Of a stretch of DNA of 64,000 bases, positions 25,378 through 36,689 are shown piece by piece (within the stretch, counting starts at the first letter, position 1; each line of letters begins with the position of its first letter). Made by a program: the position numbers and the translations under genes. This DNA is from Octopus sinensis (Eukaryota): positions 92,814,001 to 92,878,000 of the forward strand of contig NC_042999.1 of NCBI RefSeq assembly GCF_006345805.1, in the 5' to 3' direction. The notes beneath the pieces are model-generated. The model saw nothing but the letters and a program-made list of their open reading frames with translations, made no database searches and was not told the origin of the DNA.

Positions 25378-25711
25378 CTTGTATGTATGTGATGTCGCGC
25401 ATATGTGAGTGTCTGATTGTATGTGTTGTATGTATGTATGAAATTGCGGGAATATACACGCATACGCGCGTGCAGTTGTGTGCGAGTGGTCCTACGTGTA
25501 TGTGTGTGTATGTATGTGTTCGTATATATTTGTGTGTATGCTTGCGTGTATGCGCGTGTGCGTCCGTGTATGCGCGCGTGTGTGCATGTGTGTGTATGTG
25601 TGTGTATGTGTGTGTATGCGTGTGTGTGCGTATTTTTACATATATGTGAGCGCGTTCTGCATGTGTGTGCTGTGCGTGTTCGCGAGCGTTTGTGCATGTG
25701 TTTGTGTGTGC

Positions 25712-25757
<46 letters not shown>

Positions 25758-26060
25758 TGGTGTAGGAATGCATATGCAAGGGATATATGTTTTCAGGTGG
25801 ATTGGCATGATTGGTGTAGTGCTTATATGTACTGTGCGTTCGTTTGGTACGTGCGGGCGCACGTGCATTCATAAGTATATGTGTATGTATCTGTATTATG
25901 CACGCGAGTGCAGATGTACAAACACACACACACACGCGCACATATATATGAATATACATATATGCGTGCATCTGCACACACACACGCGAAACCACACACG
26001 CGCGCGCGCACACAACGGACACAGACCTTCACACACTCACACACACACATATATATACAT
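25378..26060. repeat. Degenerate (TG/CA/CG/TA)n compound microsatellite region
   Basis: Direct reading of the sequence. Confidence 0.9.
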
Positions 26061-26449
26061 AACTCGGCGGCATGGGAGTGTATGGGTTGGGCGTGTGGGT
26101 GCTAGTAGGGGTAGCTGCATGCACATGGATGCCTGTGTGTGTGTTACTTGTGGTTGAGCGTGCATTTGCGCCTAATATATAGAGGCGGAATTATTGGTTT
26201 TGGGGGTTTTCTACAAGTGCAAATGTATCAGGCTGCACCGATGTAGGGGATTAGTGGTTGGCAGTGCTGCGCATGGAGACTTGTGACTGTCTCCTTGGTG
26301 TTACTAATGCAGGAGGGCAGCTGGTAAGAATGTGGTATATCCAGGTTATCGGCGGCCAGTGGCTTGAAGTCTCCAGGATGGCATATCTCTGAGCATACAC
26401 GGACGCACACGCGCATACACGCAAGCATACACACAAATATATACGAACA

Positions 26450-26819
26450 CATAGATACACACACATCAATAGAACAGATCGTATTTCCTGCAAATGTATA
26501 CTGCGGGTTGGTAATGGAAGTTCAGTCTTTCGCGGAAGCAGAGCTTCTAATTACGAGTGCCGGGCGAAAATTCTAGCGCCCTGTCGACGATGGACCATTT
26601 GATGCTAGGCGTTTCATTTCGGTCGTCACAGAGTCATCACAGGAAACGAGACGGAAAAGTGGGGTTCCTCCTGTCCCTGCATCTTAGCGGGTGCATGTGC
26701 TGTGAGTATTTTCCCTTGAAGTCATTGGCTGTCATACTCGTATTCTGCCTTGTGGCGCCATCGAATGGTGTAAGGTGGGTGACTCTGTATACTTCAGCCC
26801 TTGAGAGGCAGGATCCTGC

Positions 26820-26820
<1 letters not shown>
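26450..26820 (-). mobile_element. Penelope/Poseidon-type GIY-YIG endonuclease remnant
   Basis: AGSCLSRAEVYRVTH...NDFKGKYSQHMHPL...IKWSIVDRALEFSPGTRN*KLCFRERL, like the G.CL...VY...FK.RY..H...IKWSI...C.LC..EK pattern. Confidence 0.7.
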
Positions 26821-26855
<35 letters not shown>

Positions 26856-27544
26856 CACTTGTACATTTATACATATATGCATATGAATATACACACACAA
26901 GCACTTATTTGTACAAAAACGCAGACAAAGAGAGAGAGGATGGGGAAGATAAGTAATTAAATAGATTAGATAGATACGCGAAGAGATACACCCATGAGTT
27001 TCTCTAGAAATGACATATTTGTTTATGAGAATATAATCAAATAATATAAGAAATAATACTAAAAAAATTATTTAGATTTCTATTCTGTTTCACCGTTTTA
27101 TTCGTAGAATGTTAAAAATACGACCGATACAATAATATTTCGTTATAACATTAAATGTAAAATATGTTCTGATTCTAATCTGTATGCTGGAATCCGTATT
27201 AAATAAAGTAATATGTAATTAGATGGAAGCGATATCTGTTTTTCCCATCCACAGTAACTGAATTAAGAACTAATATTCTGAAAGAAATCAAATTATTTAA
27301 TGTACTGATTTGACAAGTTATGAATAATGTCGTGTTGCATGTGATTTTGTGTAATTTATATGTGCATGTGTACGTGCGTTTATGTTTACACATATAGATA
27401 TAGATAAATATAAATATATGCGTATTTGTGTGTATAGATGTACTTTGTTATACATGTATATACAAACATAAAAAAAGACGACCGCGGGCACACACACAAA
27501 CACACACACATACACACAACGCATGCACACTCATAGCTATATAC

Positions 27545-27712
27545 TCGTCCGTCCGAGTTCAAATTCCGCCGAGGTCGACTTTGCCTTTCATCCTTCCGGG
27601 GTCGATAAATTAAGTACCAGTTGCGCACTGGGGTCGATGTAATCGACTTAATCCGTTTGTCTGTCCTTGTTTGTCTCCTCTGTGTTTAGCCCCTTGTGGG
27701 TAGTAAAGAAAT
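27545..27712 (+). mobile_element. SINE family B, 5'-truncated
   Basis: Matches 14560-14722. Confidence 0.85.
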
Positions 27713-27924
27713 ATATATACTCGTCCGTTCATTTCAATAATACGTATTAGAGTTTATCTCAATAGTGAGAAGGTTTCAATGAAACTACAAAATATCTACA
27801 TTTGAATCATGTAGTCAGTGCTAAAATTCCATGTAGCCTACTTCGGTTTGACAAAATTAAATGAAAATAAAACGTAAAGTATGTGTAAGCGCACACTCAC
27901 ACAGACACACACACACACGCACAC

Positions 27925-27979
<55 letters not shown>

Positions 27980-28049
27980 GAGATTTACATACCCAGGTTT
28001 TATTATAGCGTGTCGTTAATCATACTTTTAATCTATTATATAAAATCCC

Positions 28050-28290
28050 TTCTGTCTGCGTGTGTGTGTGTCTTGAAGTGTCTCGGGCATCCCCCATCCG
28101 ATTGCGCTCAAATTTCATATGTAGATACCGACGGTATCAGGGCGTGTATAAATCTTGAAAAAAATTACAAAAATCGATTCTAGGTGAGAATGCGATCGAT
28201 AAAGCCGTGGGAACGTGCATTTGTACGCGCAAGTACATCAGTCGAAATCCGGCTTTTGCTGGTGTCTCAAATTTAGGCGTTTCTCAAATT
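28050..28290 (+). mobile_element. Possible non-autonomous Helitron fragment
   Basis: Begins a|tctattatataaaatccc followed by a short TG tract, a typical Helitron-N 5' end. No 3' CTRR was recognised. Confidence 0.4.
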
Positions 28291-29032
28291 GCTCGTATAT
28301 ATATATATATATATACTATATGCGTGTGTGTATACGTATGTATGTATGTATGTATGTATGTATGTATGTATGTTGTATGTATGTATGTATGTATGTATGT
28401 ATGTATATATGCATGTATATATATATTTCTTAACAAGATGAAGGTGATGATACACTTGTTATGGAATGAGCTCTACTCAACATAGCTAATCATCAGGCTG
28501 AGATTACTTTAATGAAGATAACATTGTTTCAAGAAATTTCTAAGCGAGCCATAACAAAATAAAGAGTTAAGCTGAATAGGAATGCTAGAGAATAAATTAT
28601 AGATATAAAACACAAGATTTTAAAACATGTAAGAATGTAAGGCTTTCAGAACCAATTACAGAAATAGCATAGAATGAGAGGAAGAATGTAGAAGAATGAG
28701 AGTGGTTTACAATTCATGAGTTTGAAGAAAAGGCGAAAAAGACGGAAGAGAGAGGAAAATGGATTGCTATCGTTGTGGGAAATGTTTCGTGGAAGTAAAA
28801 TTCTATTCAAGAGATATGACGGCACATTTTAGCGGACTGCTAGAATGTTGTCAACCAAACTGATATAGGTAAAGGGATGGCGAGTATGGGGTCATTCGTT
28901 TCCATAGAACAAAAGAAAAACGCCACTACACAGGTATGCTTCCTATATCTGCAATAAGTTCACCCCCCCCACACACACATACTAGCACACACATTCGCTA
29001 ACACACGAACTCACACGCTCATACATACGCAA

Positions 29033-29122
<90 letters not shown>

Positions 29123-29125
29123 ATG

Positions 29126-29485
29126 CTGACATCCGGTGTCTGTGCAAGACCCTGCCTCAGTTAAGTTGGACTCAAGAGTCATCTTCGTATTCATAAAGCG
29201 AGACAGACGAGTGACAACCTGGCTACTGGTGGTGGTGTTACACACCATACTAATCATATCTGTCGGGCATGTAGAAGAGAGTGTAATTCGGCAGGAGGAC
29301 TTAAACGACATGCAAAGGTACATGAAGCCCAGTTACAACTACAGCCGGCTATTGCCGGTAAAGGTTTTAGCTGCCAATTCTGTACAAGACATTGTAGATC
29401 TTTAGCTGGGCTAAAAAATCATATTCGATCACAGCACCAATAACAGTTAAGCTTCGTGGAATGGTCATGCCCGATAATGAGGGGG
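29126..29485 (+). mobile_element. 5'-truncated RTE-like LINE tail encoding three C2H2-type fingers
   Basis: Frame 29126-29443: VCARPCLS*VGLKSHLRIH, CRACRRECNSAGGLKRHAKVH, CQFCTRHCRSLAGLKNHIRSQH. RTE-like 3' end atggtcatgccc...gagggggcagccat, flanked by (TA)n. Confidence 0.65.
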
Positions 29486-29498
29486 CAGCCATTATATG

Positions 29499-29568
<70 letters not shown>

Positions 29569-29574
29569 ATATAT

Positions 29575-30570
29575 GTTTTTCGTCTCTCTATGTGTTCGAC
29601 GTCTTTTTGGTGTCCTGTACACATATATGCGTGTATATGTACATGTAGAGGTAGGTACGTACGTATATGTTTATATATATGCATATGTTCTATTTTATTA
29701 ACATATTATACGACTAAACGCACGCACCCTATTAAGTAAGATTGTTCTGTTTATCAAGTTAGCCTTGATATTAACTCTCACGCGACTCTGCATCTTTCTT
29801 TCTTTCTCCCCCATTCCCTTTTTCGTCTTTTTTCCCTCACTTAACTTGTCTCTTCCTCTCTCTCTCATTCTTCATTCTCTCTCTCCCTTTCACCATTCTT
29901 CATGGTCTCCTCGCACCATTCCCCTTCTTCTCTCTCTTCTTCTCTCTCTTCCTCTTGCTCCTCCTCCCCCATTCCCGTCGTCCATCTGCGACGATACTTC
30001 CGTCGTAACTGCTATCCTGTCTTTTCTCGCCCGCCTTCTAAGGCTACTGGTCGACATTTTTTCTCTCTCGTCGTCCACTTTAATCCAGCGTTTGCAATAC
30101 TTTTTTCGTCTGGCGTTAACAGCCCTTCTTATCTTGTTCTCCTTGTCCTGTCTCTCACTGTTATATATTTATTTTTCCACTGTTTATATATATATGTTTG
30201 TACTGTTTATATGTTTGTACTGTCGTTACCGTCTTGCTTTTTTTTACCCCTCTGCGAAAAGATCTCAGAATTTTAATTGATTTGCTTTTCGTAGGAAGGA
30301 AGTTTTCTTCGAAGTATACGTCTCGCTTTTATCCTTCGAAACGTTTAGTAGATGAAACCTTAGCGACTGAAGAAGGGGATTTTTCGTTGTGCTTATTGTC
30401 CTGTATCTCTTTTTTTGCTTGTCTTGTTCCTTGGTTTGTGTCTATGTTTTTCGTGTCTCTATGTGTTCGACGTCTTTTTGGTGTCCTGTACACATATATG
30501 CGTGTATATGTACATGTAGAGGTAGGTACGTACATATATGTTTATATATATGCATATGTTCTATTTTATT

Positions 30571-30573
<3 letters not shown>
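29575..30573 (+). mobile_element. Non-coding element with ~130-bp direct terminal repeats (partial-tandem, pLTR-like)
   Basis: 29575-29705 is repeated at about 30447-30573. The interior is pyrimidine-rich and both sides are (TA)n. Confidence 0.65.
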
Positions 30574-30604
<31 letters not shown>

Positions 30605-30607
<3 letters not shown>

Positions 30608-31625
30608 CAGAAATCAACATAGAAACTTTAAGAAAAGTTCAACACAACAACACACCTTCCCCGAAAATACTACCTTACATATCTACATACAACCCCAGAA
30701 ACAAAGAAGCCTTCACCATCATCACCCAGAATTTACCAATACTTCATAAAAACCCAAAATTAAAGGAAATTCTAAACATACACCAAATCATTAAAAGCTA
30801 CAAACAGCCTAAATCACTTAAAAAGATTCTCACAAAGGCAAAATTGTCTTCTAAAATTACGGATGCAAAAGTAAAAAAATGTGGTAGATCGAACTGTGCA
30901 ACATGTCCTAACCTATTGGAAGGATCAGAATTCTTCTTTAAAGAGGGACAGAAATTTAAGATCAAATCTAACTTTACTTGTGCCTCTGAAAACATAATTT
31001 ATGTTATTAAATGCTCGGGCCGCCACCAAGACTACGTGGGTTCCACGGGACTATCACTCAGGCGCAGATGCACACTGCATCGACAACAGATTGCATTCCC
31101 AGAATATAGAATGATACCTTTTAGTGAGCACATTGAGAAATGCGCAAAGCAACTACTGCCACAATTTTTAATCTTCCCATTTTACCAATGTGCTTTCGGA
31201 TCATCAACACAAATGAGACTGAACAAGGAAACATTCTTCATTGAAAAGTACAAACCCAGACTCAACCATCCGAACATACTGACACAGAGAAATTAACAAG
31301 GAAAAGGGAAAAAAAAAAAAAAAAAAAAAAATTTTTAAGCGATTATCTCCCCTACACCGGAAAAAATCACTCACTACCTCCCCTTATTTAGAAATCTCCT
31401 GGAAATAAAAACAACGATAATTCCATGCAATATAAACATAACGTCACAAGAAATTTGAAAAGCTACACGCGAAACCGGTAATTTCTTTAAAAATTTTTTA
31501 AATTATGTCATTTTAAGGAAAGGAAAAAAAATTTTTCCAATATTCTCCAGACATTTTGACACAAATATATATATTTTTTAACATTGAAGCCTTCTGTCGT
31601 TTTTTCACACTTTACTATTTTCTTA
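30605..31625 (+). mobile_element. 5'-truncated Neptune-type Penelope-like element with open linker and GIY-YIG reading frame to 31296
   Basis: KCGRSNCATC Cys linker, FTCASENIIYVIKCSG, DYVGSTGLSLRRRCTLHRQQI and KETFFIEKYKPRLN. Inserted in (TA)n at both ends. Confidence 0.9.
31448..31487 (+). ncRNA. Minimal type I hammerhead ribozyme (U3-A8 variant) in the PLE 3' region
   Basis: AAGAAAU-UUGAAAA-GC-UACAC-GC-GAAAC-CG-GUA-AUUUCUU, with a perfect 7-bp stem I. Confidence 0.85.
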
Positions 31626-31930
31626 TATATATATATATATATATATATTAAATCTCTGAGCAAGACGTAAACTGTAGCAATACGTAATCGTAACATATAA
31701 GTGCCAACCAAGAGTGGTTTCCTGTACGTGACAGTGCTACTGGCGTTTATAGCCTCAGGAAGACATCTCTTCCGGCTGGCTAACGACACACTATGTGTAT
31801 GTATGTATGTATGTATGTATGATGTGTGTGTGTATGTATGTATGTGTGTATGTATGTATGTATATATATATATATAGTTATATATATATATATACGTATA
31901 TATTTATGTATATACATATATATACATATA

Positions 31931-32002
<72 letters not shown>

Positions 32003-32007
32003 CATAT

Positions 32008-32409
32008 ATTACATGGAAAATGCGAGCATGAAAAGTATTATTCTTAAGATTATAAACCTGGAAGGTACAGGACAAGATATTTCACCTAAAGAAGTATAGG
32101 ATAGGCCATTACTTCTTAGTAAAGTAAAGAATAAGAGACTTAAAATATTGCAGCAAAGAATGCCAATTCTAATTTATCACTCCTTATATTTCTCATCTTT
32201 TAAATTTATTGTACAAAACTGTTCAGTTAATTTGTATGTAATCTGTAATTCAGTAAATTAGCTGCAATATTTTAAGTAAAAAGCTTCTTATTCTTTACAT
32301 TACCAGAAGTAATAGCTTGTCCTATACATTTATAGGTGTACTCACTTGTCCTGCACTTTTCCAGGTTTATAATCTTATTACTGTTCATGCTTGCATTACT
32401 CGATGTAAT
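32008..32409. mobile_element. MITE-like element with ~140-bp imperfect terminal inverted repeats
   Basis: attacatgg...aagattataaacctggaaggtacaggacaag...ttaaaatattgcagc is mirrored at about 32250-32409. Confidence 0.6.
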
Positions 32410-32499
32410 TCATAATTTTACCAGACATTGGTGTTATAAGATATTAATAGTGTACCAGTTAATAATTTAACAAGGTGTTGAGTTGCGCAGCTATTCGTG

Positions 32500-33690
32500 C
32501 ATGGCTTTCACCAAATCTTTTGATCCGGTAGACTTGAATTCCATTTTACTCCCGGGGCCTTACAGTTGCTCATATTTGTTTTTTTGCTGATTTTTTTTCA
32601 CTTCATTAACTGAAATGACTAGTTATACCTGTTTTGGAAAGACTACTGTTTGTTTTAGTTCTTGCAACTATTCAATATCCTTCTTGTGTTCCTTGTCTTT
32701 GCTCCAGATGTCACTCCAAAACATTTGACTTTCAATGTTATCTGGTATCAACTTGTCATCTGTACATTCCATTTATTTCTTTCTAGAATATCTTCTAATC
32801 TACCCTGAATAACCTATTCTGGTGGTAAACCTTCATTCTTTGGCCGTATTTTACCATCTTTGCTTTTTTTGCAACGAGTCGCCGTTTCAGTTCCTCCACT
32901 ACTAATTTCAGGCTTTTCCTTTCAATATTATACTTCCTTTTCAGCGACCTGCATTTTTGTTCACTTTTAAGTTCCCCTATCTCTTTTCGGTCTAACACAG
33001 TGATTTCCTATTTGAAGTAGAAAAGTCAGGCTTGTGTAGGATGAACGATTGCAAACATATAGCACTATACAAGAAATTGAAAACGAATAACACTGAAAAT
33101 AGGTAGGTAAAGACAACAATGCATGGTCACTTACATCGGGATGTTGAAGATAAGACAGACAGAGAAAAAACATGGTTGTGGATGACTAAAAGTGATTGAA
33201 AACCGGAAACGGAGGCATCGTCGAAAATAGGAAAGCAAAGATCCTATGGGATTTTATGATTCAGCGCGACAATGAGATAGATAATAGGAAGCCGGGCATA
33301 GTCTTAATTGAGAAAAAGAAAAAAACAAACTATGCTGGATTATAGATATAGCATGCCCAACTGGCAACAAGGTATGCGATATGGAAGAAAAAAAAGTTGA
33401 GAGATATGACAAGTTAGCTTGGGAAGTTAAGGAGTTGTGGTCGATGAAAAATGTAGCAGTAGTACCAAAAATTGTCGGAGCACTGGGAACAGTGAGCAAA
33501 AATTTCGAGAAGTACGTGGAACAAATAGGGGCTGCTATAAGAGTGGAGCACTTGCAGAAAACGACAATACTTCGGAAGGTGCTCGAAAAATAAGAGCTGT
33601 TGGCTTAGTTCACTGGTTGTGAATAGCTGACACTGTAGTACATCACTAGCGTTAGAAGTTGTGCAAAGGCAATAATGATAATAATAATCC
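32500..33690. mobile_element. R4/Dong-type LINE copy with a 5' inversion (minus about 32500-33000, plus about 33000-33690)
   Basis: The minus part matches about 52250-52830 and the plus part matches 53990-54900, including the RLE region and a TAA tail. Confidence 0.8.
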
Positions 33691-33694
33691 TTTC

Positions 33695-33870
33695 TACTAT
33701 AGTCACACGACCTGAAATTTGATGGAGGGACATAATCATTTACATCGACCTCAGTGTTTCAATAGTACTTTATTTATTGACCCCGACAGAATGAAATGCA
33801 AAGTCAGACGCAGTGGGATTTGAACCCTGAACGTGAAGACGGAGCATCATAAGGCGAGTAAGAATTTTGT
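33695..33870 (-). mobile_element. SINE family B, degenerate
   Basis: Core and head motifs in reverse complement. Confidence 0.65.
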
Positions 33871-36589
33871 GTGGGGTTTTATATAACAGGTAAGGAGAAA
33901 GAAGTGGAAACGATTGTGAAATTCCATAAATGTATACATATTATTAGAACTATATTCTAACATAGATGATACAGTCCTCTTGACACAAGGGAAACTCCTG
34001 CTAGGGGTAATAAAAAAAACCCGCAAATTCAAGATTACCCTCACCCCCAAAACACGAGTCCTCTCTCAACTGTTACTCTCTCCAATCTACAAGAGCATAT
34101 TTAAAGTAGGGTCAGTAAATCTAGCCATTTTTACTACAGTTACTCATCTTTTCCTAAATCTATTTGAAGCAGCACTTCTCTCTCCACCCTCACTTTCCTT
34201 TCCAAGTGTAACTTAGAGAGACTGGTGAAGGCTTGATGAAGAGGAAGGTATCTTTCCTCAATTCTTTCAGCCTGGTCCCCCACACAACCTATTTCGACAT
34301 AGCCACTAGACAGTGGAAGGAGATGAAAGAGCAGATGAAGACTGAGTAACACCGAAAATTACAGTTGGTGTTGCGCACAAAATTGACTAAATACATGGGT
34401 GTTAGCGGAAAATATTGACAGTGCTTGCAACACGGAAAATATTGACAGTGCATGCAACATTTCACTCCAAGAGTGACACTGATCCGTTATATTCGTCTTG
34501 AAGAAAGTTGTTAGGATTATGTTGAATCAGAGGAAAATAGTTTTGGGTGGTATGTGAAAAAAGTCAAGCAACCATTGTTAATGTATGCAGAGAAGTCCGA
34601 AATCATCAAAACTAATACATTGGTTGGTTACGAAAGAGAAATTTAAAGAGGAAAAGACTCCGTCATTAAATAGCTTTAAATTAATTGCAAATACGTCGCT
34701 AAGTATAAGCATATTTCTGCTTGAGTATGCTAGCATTTTCGTAACACCAAGGAAATTACTTTACCCGAAATTTGAATTTGTTTGTCGGTTAGATTGCCTA
34801 GGCTTACATCAGTTTATATAATCATATACCTAACCAAATAAATTAACTTCAAGGTGGTTGCTAAGCTCCCCTAAAATAGAAGCTGAATTTTCTTCAAACA
34901 TTTTTATGCACCTCCCGTGAAACATAGATAATGCAGGCTTGGGTAAATTAAGTCCGAGAAAGAAGCTGATACAACCAAGAAGTTTAACCATGTGAATGAT
35001 CATTTCAGGCTGATGAGGAGAGGGTGCTAAATAGAAAATGATATAAAGTTTATATCCCGAAATATTTCTTTCATTAGTATAAGGGTGAGTATAAAAGAGG
35101 ATGGCTGTTGCCAATCGAATATACTACTGTACTTAAAGTTGTAGGAGAAAGAAAGTATATAATGTTAGGAATTTAGACAGATATTATAAAAGTTTTTCAG
35201 AAATATTATCACCGCACAGTCGCACATACGTATATCAGGACACATACACTCATATACAAGAAAATTATAAAAAGAAAAAAATATTCATAGTATATATAGT
35301 AATCTCATGCACATATATCTGGTTTGAATCTGTGTTTGTAAATCTGATTATAGTAGTAAAATGCATTTATTCTCTCTCTCTCTTTCTCTCTCTCAGTCAT
35401 TCTTTCTCTCTCTCTCCCTTCACTCTCCATACTCCACTCTTTCCTATTCAGCTCGAAGCTCTGCCATTTCCAGTGCTGATTCAAAGAAGAGAGAATATAC
35501 CTTACGGGGATCTGTTTTTTTTCACGGATGAAATGACCATTTGTTATGGCAAAGTCACGACATTTCTTGCGGACGGAAGATCCATTCAATGTTATATAAC
35601 GGCTAAATACATACAATACACCACAGATATCAATTGCAGCGTCTCAAATTATTCCTATCTTTTCTTTCTCTCTTATTTGTGGTTGTGTTGTTTTGCAACT
35701 AGCGTTGTAGTTGTATCCCGCCATGATAAACGTATTATCAATTCACAAGAGACAGTGAAGATGCTTCAGTAAAAAGCCCACAGGAATGAACGCAAAATCT
35801 TCTTGTATTGTTGTGTTTATTTTAACTATTTTCCCGTATATCTGTCTCATTGGTTACTTCACCTTTTCAACGATTTTTCAACATAATACGTAGGTATATA
35901 TGGCAATAAAACTACAAAAAATATATAATGCATGATCTAAAATATATCTTAATTTCCATAACATTAAATATTATAGATTTAGCATGAAGTAGCAAATTTA
36001 TGGAGTAATGTATAATAGTCGATTACGATTGCTGTATTCCTTGAATGATATCTGCTGTATCCACCACAGAACAATGAAAAATAAAGTGAATGTGGGATTT
36101 GAAAACCAAAATTAAAGACATTGAATTACTAGAAGGCTTTTAGAGATTCTGTGAACCATTTCTCTAGCATATGGTAATCATGTCTAATATAGGTATAATG
36201 TTAGGTATTGAAAGAAGGTACAATCGATTAGAACAATTCCAGCACTGAGAGACTCCATGGAAACAAATGTCATTAGCTTAATGCATGAAACGCACCTGAA
36301 TGTAAAAGAAAGCAAGTCATCAATGATCTGGTTCTCCAAGCCATAAATTATCATATTCTTAAACGATAAGATATGTGAAGTTACCTGCTTTTTAAAATTT
36401 AGAATAGGGATAATTACGATCTGGAAAATAGCACTACTACGACAGCCTTTATATTACTCTTAGATTTAAATAGATTAGAAAAGACGAAACCCAGAACGAA
36501 ACAGTGCATGTTTCCAAGGCGAACACCACTGTGTTCAATTATCTAATAAAAACAACATTATGGGAAAATAATAATAATAATAATAGTGG

Positions 36590-36643
<54 letters not shown>

Positions 36644-36689
36644 CGACGAAGATGATGATAAGAATAAGAATAAAAATCTAAGTCCCGCA

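Noticed and set aside
29126-29443. Host C2H2 zinc-finger gene
   Set aside because: No TGEKP linkers, an internal stop, an RTE-like 3' end and direct (TA)n flanks.
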